Counted from the whole stretch's first letter, positions 25,371 through 38,520 are shown. The stretch: 62,032 nt of DNA, filler included, from Sphacelaria rigidula (GCA_964200075.2; 8 parts of 8 records of this genome joined end to end with filler, not necessarily neighbours in it); one strand, 5' to 3'. Notes: generated by a model not told the origin, from the sequence alone. Numbers and translations: made by a program.

Positions 25371-25815
25371 AACACGGGATCTTACAATTTGGGGATGTAT
25401 CATTTATTGGGGATGAGAAACCCGGCGGATTAAAATCTTCGAATCCACACCAAATATTCGAAATATGGTTCCACTTTTTCACCTACTGATGGCTATTGAC
25501 AACCGCTACACGCCATGGAAAATTGGATTTCGATCACCGAAATGTTGGGGTCCTAGATCAAAAACCAATTTCGTGGAATTCCGAGTGTCCGAGCGGACGC
25601 CAAAATGGTTCCGAAATTGTTTTTGTCACCTAGGACCCCAACATTTCGGTGATCGAAATCTAACTTCCTATGGCGTGTAGCAGTTGTCAATAGCTATCAG
25701 TAGGTGAAAAAATGGAATCATATTTCGAATATTTGGCGTGGATACGAAGATTTTAATCCTTCGGGTTTCTCATCCCCAATAAATGATCCATCCCCAATTT
25801 GTAAGATACCGTGTT
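25371..25815. mobile_element. 445-bp foldback (near fully palindromic) element with 4-bp TSD
   Basis: GTCG|AACACGG...CCGTGTT|GTCG; arms of ~200 bp pair almost throughout; removing it restores the Gypsy C-terminus. Confidence 0.9.
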
Positions 25816-28739
25816 GTCGGCGTATGGTATTTCTTCGTGATCTGGCGCATGCGATTTCGCCTTGGTTTTTTCTTGGTTGTCAAGCTCGTTTGTTCGTCTT
25901 GAATTCGCTTTGGGGGTGCTGCGCCAAATGATATCAAGCCGTAGGTTCCAGTACAATCGCATGCATGATTGGAGCAGTCGCTGGGGACAGGGGATCCTGG
26001 ATTGATGACCCTCACCTGTGTGGCCCCTCGCTCTCTGGCCCTTGATGTGGTCTGTTGAGGATCACTCCGTGATAATAATAGGTGAGAAGGAAGGACTTGT
26101 CGAGCACGAGGCCAGTGCTACTAGAGGAGCCCCTCGTGGACAGTCCTCTTGTCCAGATCGTTTGGCAGAGGCTATAGGTGTTTTGGACTACGATGTGGTC
26201 CTCTACGCACGCGCTCCTCTCACGCATTACTGGGGGTGCCGAAATCCCTGTGACCATGCAATCCGTGACAGAGAGCTCCCTCACAGGATGCACCTGTGAA
26301 GTACAGGTGCAGCAGGGATGTCCTTGTGATAAGGATGACAGGGGGAATTATAGGAGTACGCGCCTCATGTATCTTTCGACGGCTTAGTGCTGTATTTTCA
26401 GTACAAGTCGCAAGCGTTACTATACTTGTGGATTTCTCCGCCGTGTCTGGAACGAACCAGCCTAAAAACTAGCGCAGAAGTAGACCACAACGTCGACAGC
26501 ATATTCCCGGATCGGCGGTACAATTTACGTGGTGTGCAGACGCACGAAGCGAATACGGATATTGGGCAATGCCATCGATACGCCCTCTCGGCCCAGACTG
26601 CGTGAGATGTCAGTGAATGCATGCAACAACGTTTTCGTGATATTGAGACCAGAGCGCTGTCTGAGAGTGGCTTCGATCATTCGCTTTATCTTGGCCAATT
26701 TTTCATCCCGTGTGTGCTTCCCTTAGCCTCCATCCGTGGCGTGTGCTTACAGCGACACGTCGACATTCTACTCAGCGATATCTGGGGCTCCAGTGGCGAG
26801 CTACTCCAGAAATCATTTCGGGTTTCGTGAAGGGATATTCCGGAACTGAAACGATTAATTCACTAATTGACCGCTTCTCACCCTCAACCGTATCCTCTAC
26901 TCTCGATCTTACGAAAACAGCCTCAAGAACGGGGAATCGTCTCACCAAGATGCTATCCTCATGTACAGGATATGCATGCAACAGTACTGCCCGTATTTGA
27001 AATGTTCTCGTAGCACAGGTGTTGAGGCATGTGACGATTTCACCAGCGACTAACTTTTGCGACGATTTATAGGACTTTTCACCACTACTTGGGTCGCTTT
27101 AGGGGTATATACCCAGCGCGACTGAGCAGTCCTCTGCGAATGTTATTTCCTTGTGTTGGCCTATCAACCATTGAAACGCCTTCCTGCGGAATGGTTCGAC
27201 ATGTTGAAACCGTCACTTTATTTTTTAGGAAAGATGTTGTGATTAAAGACGGGTACAGGTGAGCCGGATCATCTGCAAGCAAACATGAAAGCACGATGTA
27301 TCAAGTTCACCTGGCGGCCAATTCTTGGCAACCTCAGCATCTGATTTCAGTGAACTGTTTCTCTTGGATGAAGAGAGCTTCGTCGTAGAAGAGAAAGGTT
27401 AAACTACCCAGGCAACGCATGATGTCCTACGCTTCATCGCGGTTCAATCATGCACAACACAGGACACCGGAAGGGTCAGCGAAACAGAAATGAGCAGTCG
27501 CGCGAAACACGATGAAAGAACAAATATATGTTAACGTCACTTCCGGTGTTTTCAACGCAGTGCTGACGACGAATCTTTTCACACCGACGTCAAACGCCTT
27601 AATACGTCGATTTTGCACTCGATAACCACTGCTGGCCAATCACGGTATTCGTTTCGTGTGTTGATCGAATCAGAAAACTGTGGGCACCTTTCTCCGTACA
27701 TTTTCTGTTCCGTTCTTCATCTCAGGAAAAGTAGGTGCAAAAAGCATAGTCGCGGGATATATATTTACAGAAACACACCAAACTTGAGAAAATAAATACG
27801 CACACCACAAGAGATAAAAATACCACTGTTCACATCATGTGGGGGTCTAATGTGGGCGTTGTACATAGACATAACTGCACCGTACTTCATCAGCAGACCC
27901 CGACCACACAACTCACACCTACAAGGGGGCGCCCCGCGTCTCGCTCAAGGACCACCCGAAACAATGATGCGAATAAAAACATCAAAAGCTCATCACGAGG
28001 AGAACGGAATATGAAGCCGCTTCACCCGACGGATGTGTGGACACTCTCCTGTCGAACTGTACCCAGCGTCGATCTACTCTAGCAAACACTACCGTGATTT
28101 GCTAGGCAAGGAAACAATGCATTGCAGCGAACAACATCTTCCGGAATGCGTGTCGATTTCAGCTTTCCCGCCGCATCGACAAGACCGCACACAAACACCG
28201 GGCAAAGCCCATCCAAGGTACGTTCTTCTCCCAACCGGCACGGGATTCTCCATCTCACGTTTACCTCCTCTTTCCAGGATAAACGTCAACACAAGCAAGG
28301 GATTGAACTAGAGTGAAAGTCGCTTCATGGCCCCGATGTGTAGGATAAAGACTAAGTGAGAGGTGGCTGATAAGAGCCAGGTTCCAACGGAACCTCCCTC
28401 ACTCCCACACTAGCAAGAGCCCCCACCCACTTTCGAGCCAATACTATCCCCGCCCCACCTTCCCCCTTTCGCGTGCATGAACCTGCGAAACCAACCACGG
28501 TTGTTTCCGACCCATTCACCGAGTAGAATCTGGTTTCCGGCCTTGAAAGTATGAGGGCATGGACACCAAAGAAAATCCCATTACAGTCGACGGGATGCGG
28601 AAGTGCTGACCGAACTCTCCGTACAAAAATGACGGGCAGGTATGGGAGAGACTTCACAGCTCTACGGATCCGTCTCCGAGGAGGGGGGCTTGAAAGTATG
28701 ACAAACGAACAAAAATTCCGCACAAAAAGTACGGATACA

Positions 28740-28952
28740 TCACGAGAAGTCAGGCTCGAGCCCCTCAGGTTTAGTCAACACAAACAAATTCCCCCTGTCT
28801 CCTCGGCTAATTCTTAGTTCCTCGTCGACAAAAGTGGTGTCCAGGGATCCTTTGGCACTTTTGGGTGCTTTGATCCGAAAAGGCCCTACCCTGAACTGAA
28901 GAAATTGGACGTCCACTGCACTCGGACTGGTGGGAGTCAACGCCGCTTTCAC
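28740..28952 (-). CDS. Last exon of a PAP/fibrillin (plastid lipid-associated) family protein
   Basis: AAG acceptor, then VKAALTPTSPSAVDVQFLQFRVGPFRIKAPKSAKGSLDTTFVDEELRISRGDRGNLFVL...*; G-LDTT-(Y/F)-D---RISRGD-GNLFVL is the fibrillin C-terminal signature. Confidence 0.88.
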   Translation of the reverse strand: MKAALTPTSPSAVDVQFLQFRVGPFRIKAPKSAKGSLDTTFVDEELRISRGDRGNLFVLTKPEGLEPDFS

Positions 28953-30878
28953 CTTGGTTCGATGGGTTTTGAGGGTGGAAAAGAACAAGGCGACACAAGG
29001 GGTGGTACATACATCAGCTCCGGCACCCTTCAGGCCAAAGGCGAAAATTATCCACATTCGCCGAAAAAACAGAACGCCTCTTCGGCTCCCTGCAAGGTGA
29101 CCTGTTGCACATGGATACTAGTCGGTGACCTGATCTTTTCCAAACGCCATACTACGGGGTGTGGATGATCTCTACGCAACTTCGCAACTTTGCAACTTGG
29201 CCGATTTTTCATGTTTTCGATTGAATATGTCAGCACGATCCATCTACCTCGCGGCGGACACATCTCTGTGCGTCCTACGGATTCAGCAGCAGGACTCGAG
29301 TACACTTCAGTATTGAGGTCTGGCTACATCTGGTAGCTTACATGCCTTGATTGAGAGTACCCACGCCTTTCACCTTGATCCTGAAATAAAACATGAGGGA
29401 GTGCTGCCATTTTCTAGATAACTTCCACCTCTATCACGCGATCTGAGGGGAAAATGAGTCCATGACACGCGACAGACTATGAATTCCGAGTAACATGGGA
29501 AAATGCAAATGAAGCATTTTGATACAAAAATGACAAGTGTACTCTCCAGCGAACAGTTCAAGAGAATCGATGCAGCTGCTATCCTTCTGCACCACCCATG
29601 TTTTAGTCTCGCCCACCATGGGATTAAACTATATCCCTGTCGGCCAAGTGCACGTGAGGTGAAGACGCGTCGACGTCTGATGAAAATGAAGTACAGCTAT
29701 TATCGGGCCAAGTTTTGGTGCACTTCTGTCACTCCGTTTAAGCACAGCCAGGTTACGTGTTTTGCAGTTGCGTTGTTTCCTCACCGCGTTGAATATCTTG
29801 ATGAAGCGAATTGGTCGAATGTACTGGGAATTTTTCGCACGGAGTCCTATCGCATCGATGTCCTGCGCAGCAAAAAAAGTGTAGACAGCCTCTGAGATTT
29901 TCACATCAAACAGTGTTGGAAGTAGCGATGGCATGTGCAACATCAGGGAGCACGAGAATCATATCACAAGCAGCAAAGGCGATATGGGGGGTTCGTCAAT
30001 ACCCTACGGACACCAAAAAGTTCATTTCGTTTGTAAGGCAAGCGATACACGTCATGAGCCTTCTTCAGCAGTCAAATCGACAAAGTATAGCGGAAAGAAC
30101 GGAGATTCAGTGGTTTTCAGCTGAAACGGGCGATTTTTGTAACTCCTTCGTTGTCGGCGATTTTCAATAGAGTTTTCGCGTGCCACCGCTCATCCCAATG
30201 AACGTTGAATCCCAAAGTTTGGGGATCGGGGCATACTGGGCATCCGCTCCACATCTCGAAATGAAATCATCTCTGCACCCATAATTGAACGAATTACGGG
30301 CTGACAGGTTTCCGGGGGTCCTACGGCTATCCAGCTCCAAGTTCTGGCCCTTGGGTATATTAGCTCGATTGAATCAATCCCGACCGCTCTCGTGAACGAA
30401 TGGAAAGGAATATTTTGTGGAATATTTACCTATCCATTACGCTGGAGCCAAAAACTGTGTTTTTTGGACCATTGACGGTCGATAACACCCCCTGGTAAAC
30501 GAGGTATTATTCCGTACCACCCATGCAACACCAATTGAGGGTTGTGTCCTGACCACGTTCTGCTTCTTTTTCAAATGTCTATCGATGCTAGGACTGTCGA
30601 GTGCCCAAGAAAAATAATATACGAGGGAATTCAGAAAAGTACCCAGCTAGAAAAAAAGTCCAAGAGAGCCCTGCACAGCAAAGGGGGAGATGAAGCAATT
30701 CCGATCGCTCTCGTGAATAATTATACAGACCCTTGTTTTCTATTATTACCCATTCATTGCGCTAGAGCCGAAAAGAACTGTGTGTTGGGCCAGAAACGGT
30801 CAACAGCACCCCTCGTCAATGTAGCTCGTTCGACACTCAGCATCGAGCGCAGAGGTGAGTTTTGTTTTGGAATGTGGA

Positions 30879-30969
30879 GGGGGGGGTGTACTCATGATCA
30901 CGCATGCTTTAGTCATAAGACCATTGACCTCGCACCCCTATAAAGCCAGGACGGAGCACGCCGGGTTTT
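30879..30969 (-). mobile_element. LINE 3' terminus with poly(C) tail (subfamily B), cut by the scaffold end
   Basis: Minus strand GTGCGAGGTCAATGGTCTTATGACTAAAGCATGCGTGATCATGAGTACA-CCCCCCCC. Confidence 0.8.
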
Positions 30970-31069
30970 NNNNNNNNNNNNNNNNNNNNNNNNNNNNNNN
31001 NNNNNNNNNNNNNTTAATTAATTAANNNNNNNNNNNNNNNNNNNNNNNNNNNNNNNNNNNNNNNNNNNN
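30970..31069. other. Artificial scaffold spacer
   Basis: N44-TTAATTAATTAA-N44. Confidence 0.99.
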
Positions 31070-31447
31070 ATTCGCGGGTCTGAAGATTTGAGGGGAGGTC
31101 ATGCGGAGAGCGGCAGAGCTCGAAAGTCAACCATTTGTTTTTGGAAGTGAATACTCCGCTCGCAGTCGTTCGGGTGTACCTGGCCCTTCTCGCGTTGCCA
31201 GAATAGCTTCACACTGTCTGTAGTGTTGTTGGGACACACGAAGCAGAGACATCAACAGCGTGCACGCTGGAAACTGAAAGGTGCTCGTCGAAGACATACT
31301 GTTCCATACTCAATTGACTTTGCGTGCACTTGACTGCGGGCAAAAAACCGGTCAGGGACGTTCCAGTATTATTAACCACCTAAATAGGTGGATCCTTGTT
31401 TCCAGTATCCTTTGTTTTTTTTTACTCGGGAGCCCACATGTTTGGGT

Positions 31448-31495
31448 TAACCCTAACCCTAGCCCTAACCGTAACCCTAACCCTAACCCTAACCC
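31448..31495. repeat. Interstitial telomere-like (CCCTAA)n tract
   Basis: About 8 units with two variant units. Confidence 0.85.
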
Positions 31496-31611
31496 CTCCT
31501 CTAAAGACATCCCATCACCCAGATTCGTGACCATCTCGTACTCCCTCTCGCCCCACCCCCGACCCTCGGCCCCATTATCCCCCGTAATGATCGGGGTGAA
31601 TCTTATCATGT

Positions 31612-33650
31612 GTGCGGGGTAGCGTGTCCACAAGACAACTGCGATCAGATAGACTCGAGACTACATCTCCCCAGGCGCTGGACTGGATTCGCGAACGGAT
31701 CATCGCCTACACTCAGCTCTCTCCGTCTGAGGTCAAATGGAAGCACGACTATGCACCTGGCAACCACACACGCTCGGACGCAGACGGGTTACTCGTTTGC
31801 GTGAAACCCGAACTCTGCTCTTCTATGCCTATTCACTATTTGATAGGGACGAAGAAACAACTGCACGAGATCATGATGGCATAAATGGGAGAAGCGGTGC
31901 GTGAAGGACTGATAAATACTTTGAGTCACCTTCCTCGGGGGTGCACTTACCAAGCGTACGGAATGAGGCATGCCTGACCATGGATTGCACACATGGGTCC
32001 AGTCATGCTCTCACCGAGGGTTCCGAAGTTTAGGAAGTATCGGCTAGCATGGTCGGGGATAACCCCATTAGAACACTCATTCACTACATCCCGTACGTCA
32101 CCCACCGACAGATCGCACATCCCAAACAGGCATATCCTTTGACATAAGCGATATGATGCGCGCCTTGCAAATAATGTCGACGATCAACGTTTGCGATCCC
32201 CCTACAATGTGGCACCACTCGAAGGCGTACGCTTTCCTCTCTCGGCGATACTACCGACCGCCTGGTTCAAACGCTGATATCATTCCTGCGAAACACACTA
32301 ACACAGATGCGAATAGCGACAAACTCTGTCAAAGGATACATCAGGTGAAAACCAAGTGCCCATTTCACCGTATAGAAGTCGCTGACCGACTTCATACTTT
32401 TGTTCTCGCTCAGCATGAAAACGGTCAGGTTGAGACGCCGAGGATCAGCCGAATATCTTTCGATAAACTGATCCCATTCTACGTCGTCGAGCAGTCAAAT
32501 CGTTCTTGCCCCTGCGCCACCTGCTACAAGGCGAAGCTCATCACCATCGCCCTCTATGACCTGTGGCCGACACTACATCGAGGTTCGAGCCCTGGCACCG
32601 AGTTTACGTGCACCTGTGACCTGTGCAACAATGGCGGATGCATAGACTACCTCCCGTACGACTCACGCAAAGAAATAGCAAGCATGGGCAAATTCAGCGA
32701 CTTGCATATGTGCGAAAAAGAGAGCTTGTACACGTCACGGGATGGAACGCGCGTCAAAGCACACACATCTGTCTACGTATCCGGATGTTGCGTGGAGTGC
32801 AAACGAAGGCAATCACTCTTCTTCGATTGTCCACGACACAAAGGCGGACTAGAGCGGGAGCTACACACACATTCACCAGCGACGAGCGTCAGCGAAGGGT
32901 CGCCCCCCGGAGATAATACGTGGAACATGTTCACCGACGTCAATGAGAAAGGGCAGGCGACGACATAGACGAGGAGCGGGAACCGGCAACAGCGGGGACG
33001 TGAAGACACCGACGCTGAACATGATCCGCGGGCGGGGTCGAATCTCAAGAACCGTCAGGTGGGTCCGACGGGAAATGGTGTTGAAAATGTATTTATAAAG
33101 GTTCGCCAAAATGGTCAAGAGGTCCGGTAGTTATCACAATGCAGACTTCAATGCAACATAATATATAAGATATCGCGGCATTTTGTCGATAGGGGCGTAA
33201 ATATGAATCTCTCATTCAGCACCGGAGGTTCTTCAAACTAAGAACCGTTTACTGCTTTGACGACGACATATCGTGCAGCACTGGTACAAGGACCTAGTCA
33301 GCACAAGATACAGACAGGCGCATACGATGGGCTCAATATTGACAGTCGACCTTTATGTTGCTTACGCAGAACTCTATTATCCCGTCACAAATGATGCTTC
33401 ACAGGCTGTCGCAGCGAAGAAAGGGACGGTCGACGACTTCATGGGCAAGTTTTCGGAAATCTTGTCGAAGTACATCCTACACAAAAGACAATAATACAAG
33501 ATGCAGCGCACCGCCTTCATCGAGAAGAAGTTAACGATGAAAGACGGAGAAGTTCTGTTGATAGTGGACTTCCAGGAACGTCTACAAGTTAAAGAGCAGG
33601 ACAAGGTACAGAGTCAACACTGGAACCAGGACGCTACTACATATTCCCAT
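31612..33650 (+). pseudogene. Decayed Cys-rich DNA transposase (Sola2-like) with a probable intron
   Basis: ISRISFDKLIPFYV...RSCPCATC, SGCCVEC, H...Q..AF...K...VLLIVDFQERLQVKEQDKVQSQHW resemble the DF.ENY...Q.E.QS.HW block; in-frame stops; phase-0 GT-AG intron 33059-33404. Confidence 0.55.
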
Positions 33651-33689
33651 GGTCGATTATACTTACGCTCGAGGATTGTGACTGTAGAC

Positions 33690-34040
33690 CTGCCTAGATG
33701 GAAGGGAGATGGATATTGGCATTGGATCATGACATACAGGGGAAGTACGAATAAGATATTAGTTATGTTTGAGGTACACCCGACGTAGTGATTGCAGTAT
33801 ATATCTACCGAAAATATGGAATTCTGACGTGTGATCTTGCATGATTGTTTCCCCAAGGTATGACGACCCCACCTCGTTCAGTTGTGTGCGAGTGGTGAAC
33901 ATGTGTTTTACGGTAGTTTTATGTGTGTGAGAGAGGGCAAAATCGGGTGAATTAAATACAATGAATCTGGTCTCAACTGGCCATCTCTGGCCTATAATCC
34001 CCCTCGACGATGCACCCTGTGCGCGAGGCTTCCTATTAGC
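33690..34040 (+). repeat. Diverged copy of the internal region of the 34702-35333 element; truncates the transposase
   Basis: Colinear with 34835-35225 (TTGGATCATGACAT, TTCAGTTGTGTG, TCTGGTCTCAACTGGCCA, GAGGCTTCCTATTA). Confidence 0.75.
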
Positions 34041-34701
34041 TTGGACCCCTCCCGTTCTATGATACGTAGACTTCACCAGCTGTAATCATTCAATCATTAA
34101 CCTTGGACATTGGTTGTACTGAAGAGCAGCGTAACAGCTTTTCTCCAGCAGGGAGTGAGCAAACAGCCTCAAACAATCGAGACGAAATACCCACGAAGTT
34201 CGCCAATCGTACTGTCAGACCCGCGATCCAACATCCAGGCGTAAACACGCCTATTACATCTTGTTCCGGCTATAATCGCGTACCTTAGCTAGGTAACAAA
34301 ATTGATCAGAGTCTACAGCACCTTCAAAGCTCGCTTACTACCGACAATGTAATCGAAGTAGAGGTTTGAAAACTCGGAAATCATTGTTGCCTGATACTAG
34401 CGTCTTTTCCGACATGGAACAGCACCCTTTTCGACAACAACTTGTAACGCCAGCCGGAAGAAGAACGGGTGGATCACTGCTGTTGAGGAGCTCCCCAGTC
34501 TTACTGGCCTCAATTTCAGTTGTCAGCCTTTACAACATTCTCATTGTTTAGGAGTGCCCTACCAGGCCTCATCCTTCTTGACCCGCAAGGTAAAATCCCC
34601 GTGCCCCCAATCATTACCCACATCATCACTAGGTCTAATTTGCCACCAGAGTAAAAACTCACACAATGCAAGCAGCCAGGCTGTGCATATTTCCAACACC
34701 C

Positions 34702-35333
34702 TGTAATGCGTGAGAGGACCGCGTGCTTACAGGACCGCGCCGTAGTTCAAAATACCTCAGAATCGACGTTTTTCGAAATCAGTCGGGTCAGCCCCTGCAG
34801 GTACCACGTGATCGATTTTACTTACGCTCCAGGATCTGCCTGGATACAAGGAAAACAGATAATATGGAGATTGGATCATGACATGCAGGGGAAATACAAA
34901 TGAGAGATCATGCTGATATTTGAGATAATATACTCGATGTAGTGGTTGCAGTACATATCTGCTGGGGCGGCACACGCCTTTTCGCGTGCCGAAAATCTGG
35001 GATTATTGACACGTTATTTTGTTTGAGCGTTTTCCCCAGGAATGAGTACCCCACTTCATTCAGTTGTGTGTTGTGTGTAAGTGAGAGGTGTGTTTTCGGT
35101 ATATGCGTGTGTGAGTGGGCAAAAATTGGTGAATTAATTACACAAACGATATCTGGTCTCAACTGGCCACGGCAGGCCTACAACTTCCCGCGACAATGCA
35201 CCCGGAGTATGAGGCTTCCTATTACCACGCCCCTGACGCTAACCCCAACACTAACCCTAACCCTAACCCTAACCATAGGGGTGTTCAAATTCCGATGCGG
35301 TCTTCTAAGCACGCGGTCCTCTCACGCATTACA
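34702..35333. mobile_element. TGT...ACA inverted-repeat element carrying telomere-like repeats
   Basis: TIRs TGTAATGCGTGAGAGGACCGCGTGCTTA / TAAGCACGCGGTCCTCTCACGCATTACA; (CCCTAA)n at ~35240-35274; a related terminus at ~26180-26230; no TSD seen. Confidence 0.65.
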
Positions 35334-38300
35334 CAGTCGACCAACACGATCAACGAATGATCATCTACTTCTGCTACTCGGACAATATCAGCCATCTGAA
35401 ATTGCCCCTGATCCAAAGCATGCTGGAACACGTCCTTAACGTCAGCCGTAACATTAAGCTGCGAGTCTGCATAAAACCGCAAACGAGCTACACGGGCGGT
35501 CTCAACACGACCCGAAAAAAGGTTCTGAATATCAAACACGTGCGGGTGGTGAGCACCAACCACTCTCCATGGACCAGTCCACGACGCCATCAACTTGGGC
35601 GTAGCACCCGGACGACGCACACGTGCATACAAGACATTGTCGCCTACCTCAAATTCGGCAGCCCCAGCCCCGACGAGGACCGGTCATGTGTACGCGCACG
35701 TTCAGCGGCAACACGTTCCTGTACTTGAACGTGGAAACGTTCTTGCAAGTCCAAGACTCCTTCCAATGCACTCTTAATTTGAACATCGTCCAGAACATCA
35801 CTCTTCCATCCCCCCGCCGACGAGGACGCCAGCACCGAGAAAGACGCCCGAGGGGCACGACCAAACATCACGTGGTACGGCGTACTATCGTAACGACGAC
35901 GATACGCTGTATTAAGCGCCCATTGCACCGTCGGCAACACGTCTACCCACTCGGAAACCGCTCTACGATGCTCGAGAAGCATCGAGCGAAGAGCACGAAA
36001 TACTTCCTTGACCATGCGTTTGCACGTGCCGGTAGACCACGGAGAATACGCTACCGCAAACTGGTGATCAACCCGCAAAGCCTCTCACAATCAGGCCAAG
36101 ATCGCATTCTTCAAATTCGTGGCGGTATCACTCACCCACACACGCGGCACCCCAAACGTTTGCACCAATTCAGCAAAGATTCAGCGGTCGGTTCAGCAGT
36201 ACACACTGCTACTGGTTCCAGAGCCACAAAGTTGCTCAAATCATCCATGACTACCAAAATGTATCGAAACCCAGCATTCTCCGACAAACGTTGGGAAGCT
36301 AGCGGGCCACTCTCGCCCACATGCAAGAAGTCAAAATGAACAACTTCATTCGGCGTGGTCCCATGGACTGTTTCACCGAGCGGGCGGGTAACAACATCGC
36401 CCGCCCTCGAGTCAGCATAGTGAAGACACTGGCGGACAAATTCATGCACATGAGTTTCTATCCCCTGCCAGACACAAAACTCTTGCAAGCGCACGAGCGT
36501 CGCAGCTACACCACGATGCCCGGCGTCGTGCATGTGCGCGCAAATCACCAGACGTACCCGCAACTGCTTGTGAGAACTCGGAATCCACAATGAGAACTCG
36601 GAATCCACAAAACGTTTCGGCCACGCACATGCACACGAAGCAGACCTTTATTGTCCAAGATGGCAACACCAACGTCCGACTCGAAAGATTGCACATCCGC
36701 ATCTTCGACCCCAAGGTTTTTTCGTTGCGCATGGCGGACAACAGATTCGGACGGCATCGAATCATCAAGTTCACACGGACCACACACAGCCACAGGCAAA
36801 GTCGGAATATTCACCCAACGCGAAAGCAAGTCACCCCACGCGTTACGGTCAACCAAAATATGGTAAATCGAGTAACGGTACTGGCCAAGAACAGCTTTCC
36901 AACCCTCCAAAACGTTGTGTCAATGCTTTCGACACAAACGTAACGCACGCTTCCAGGTTGAAAATATACACGAGATTTCGGTGATCCTTGAACATGTGTA
37001 CGCCATCCCACAACATATGCTCCAAACGACGAAAAGTACTTACGATAGCAAAACCTTCCTTATCAATTGTGGCCTAACGCAACTGCAAACCCTCAAAATT
37101 ACCACTGAGGAAAGCCAGCGGTTCATGCGTCATGTCCTCAATCGGCAGGCGTCTTTGCATTTATGCTTTAGGCACCTGCGTAACCAAACTACCCCAATGA
37201 CACTCAGATGCATCCCGGAACAAAGCACCTGACGATCAGGACGAGGATGGAACAGCGTCACGGTGTGAGCTACCAGATCCGTCGCTGCCGCCCACGCCTG
37301 CAACCGACCCTCCGTTCACGATGCAGGCAGAATAGCGCGGTTTTTTGCAACACGCTTCGTCCGCCTCGCAGCACCCGCCATGAGTTCTTCGAGGGAAAAG
37401 CGCAACGCAGCTACGGTTTCTGCCATACGCAGCAACGAGTTACGCAGCCAATTCACGGCCTACAGGAATTGGATGAGTTCTGCGGCCGCCTTCGGGCGCC
37501 GCATGTCAGACGAGCCTTGCAATCTGATAGGGTCATGAGATACGCGTCCGTGTGCGTACACTTTCCCACACCATACGAATTCACTCTCTAGAAGAAACTG
37601 CATTTGTGCGCCGCCGCAAACACACCAACACTCTGTAAATGGGCCAAGATAGCATCAAGCGTGTCTAAAGGTTCATCTTCCGTGTCCGCGAACAAAACCA
37701 CATCATCCACCTATATCTTGCATTTCAAGCAGACGAGCACTTCTGCCATGATACCTTGAAAATATGCCGTGGCATTCAACACGCCTGGCGGCACTCGCTT
37801 CGGGGTAAACAAGCCTAACGGGGTCATGATTGTGAAAATCTCCTGCGCCTCCTCCGCCAACGGCATCTGCCAATAACCTTGGAGGATGTACAACTTACCA
37901 AAAAACCGAGAACTCAAGAGATCATGCATGTCCGACTCTTGATTGGGCATCACACCGGGCCACTCCTTAACCTGATCCTTTACGGCCTAGTAGTCGTTTA
38001 CCAGGCGAGACGAGTCTTTCTTGGGAAGCGCCATCGCCGGACTGGACCATACCACCTGCAGGTTCCGGACTACCAACCCAAGCGCCAGAAGGGCCACCAT
38101 GCACGACGCCAACCAGCTCGGCTTCATCGGATCCTCTCGACGCGGCTTTGCCTTCGCCGCGGATGCCCCAGGTTTCAGCTGAACATGCATGTGCTCCACA
38201 CGCGCAGGAGGGTCACCCCGCAGCGCACGACGAAACGTGTTGACGCGGCGATGCATGATGCCGCGAAGGCGCTCCGCTTTGGGGACGCTGAGGCCTTCAG

Positions 38301-38520
38301 CCACAGCATCCGTCACGATCTCCTCCAGCGCCACCTTCCGAGCGGATTCCTCTTCCGCCGGGTCCATTAACATGTCCGGGCCGCGCTCTACTGAGCGTTC
38401 CACCGCCGCATCCCGCTCCTCGGTCACCTGCCCCCCAGCCTCCTGAGAAGCATCCACCGACAAGCTCACGCGACGTCTGCCCAAAATAGGCGGGCGTCTC
38501 CACGTGCGCACCAGGGGGAG
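35334..38520 (-). mobile_element. Decayed Ty3/Gypsy pol (RT, RNase H, integrase, chromodomain)
   Basis: WSSPAMALPK, QGYWQMPL...GLFTPKRVPPGVLNATAYFQ, VDDV, RNAWGDLLSRW, AHMHDAGHRG, VHFDFLHVG, DDLSNFV, KLMASWTGPWRV, RLRFY; many stops and frameshifts; related to 23388-25840. Confidence 0.93.

Larger units (their letters stand above)
23388..25840 (+). mobile_element. Decayed Ty3/Gypsy (chromovirus-type) integrase plus chromodomain, interrupted by two insertions
   Basis: YVLVIMDDLS, WVSDT.THFKN, AYTPWSNG, WVDVLPAAQWVLNT, VGDFVLYARVRR...KLMSAWTDPWRV, HVARLRFY, VLVDWKGF..EERTW; frame ends LASAYGISS* once the insertion is removed. Confidence 0.9.

Noticed and set aside
26390-27440. Gene on the minus strand (also considered 29370-30120 and 8521-9144)
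   Set aside because: There are protein-like patches, but no recognisable motifs or consistent splice model, and frequent stops in the first two regions.
31448-31495. True chromosome end
   Set aside because: The tract is short, imperfect and internal to the scaffold.
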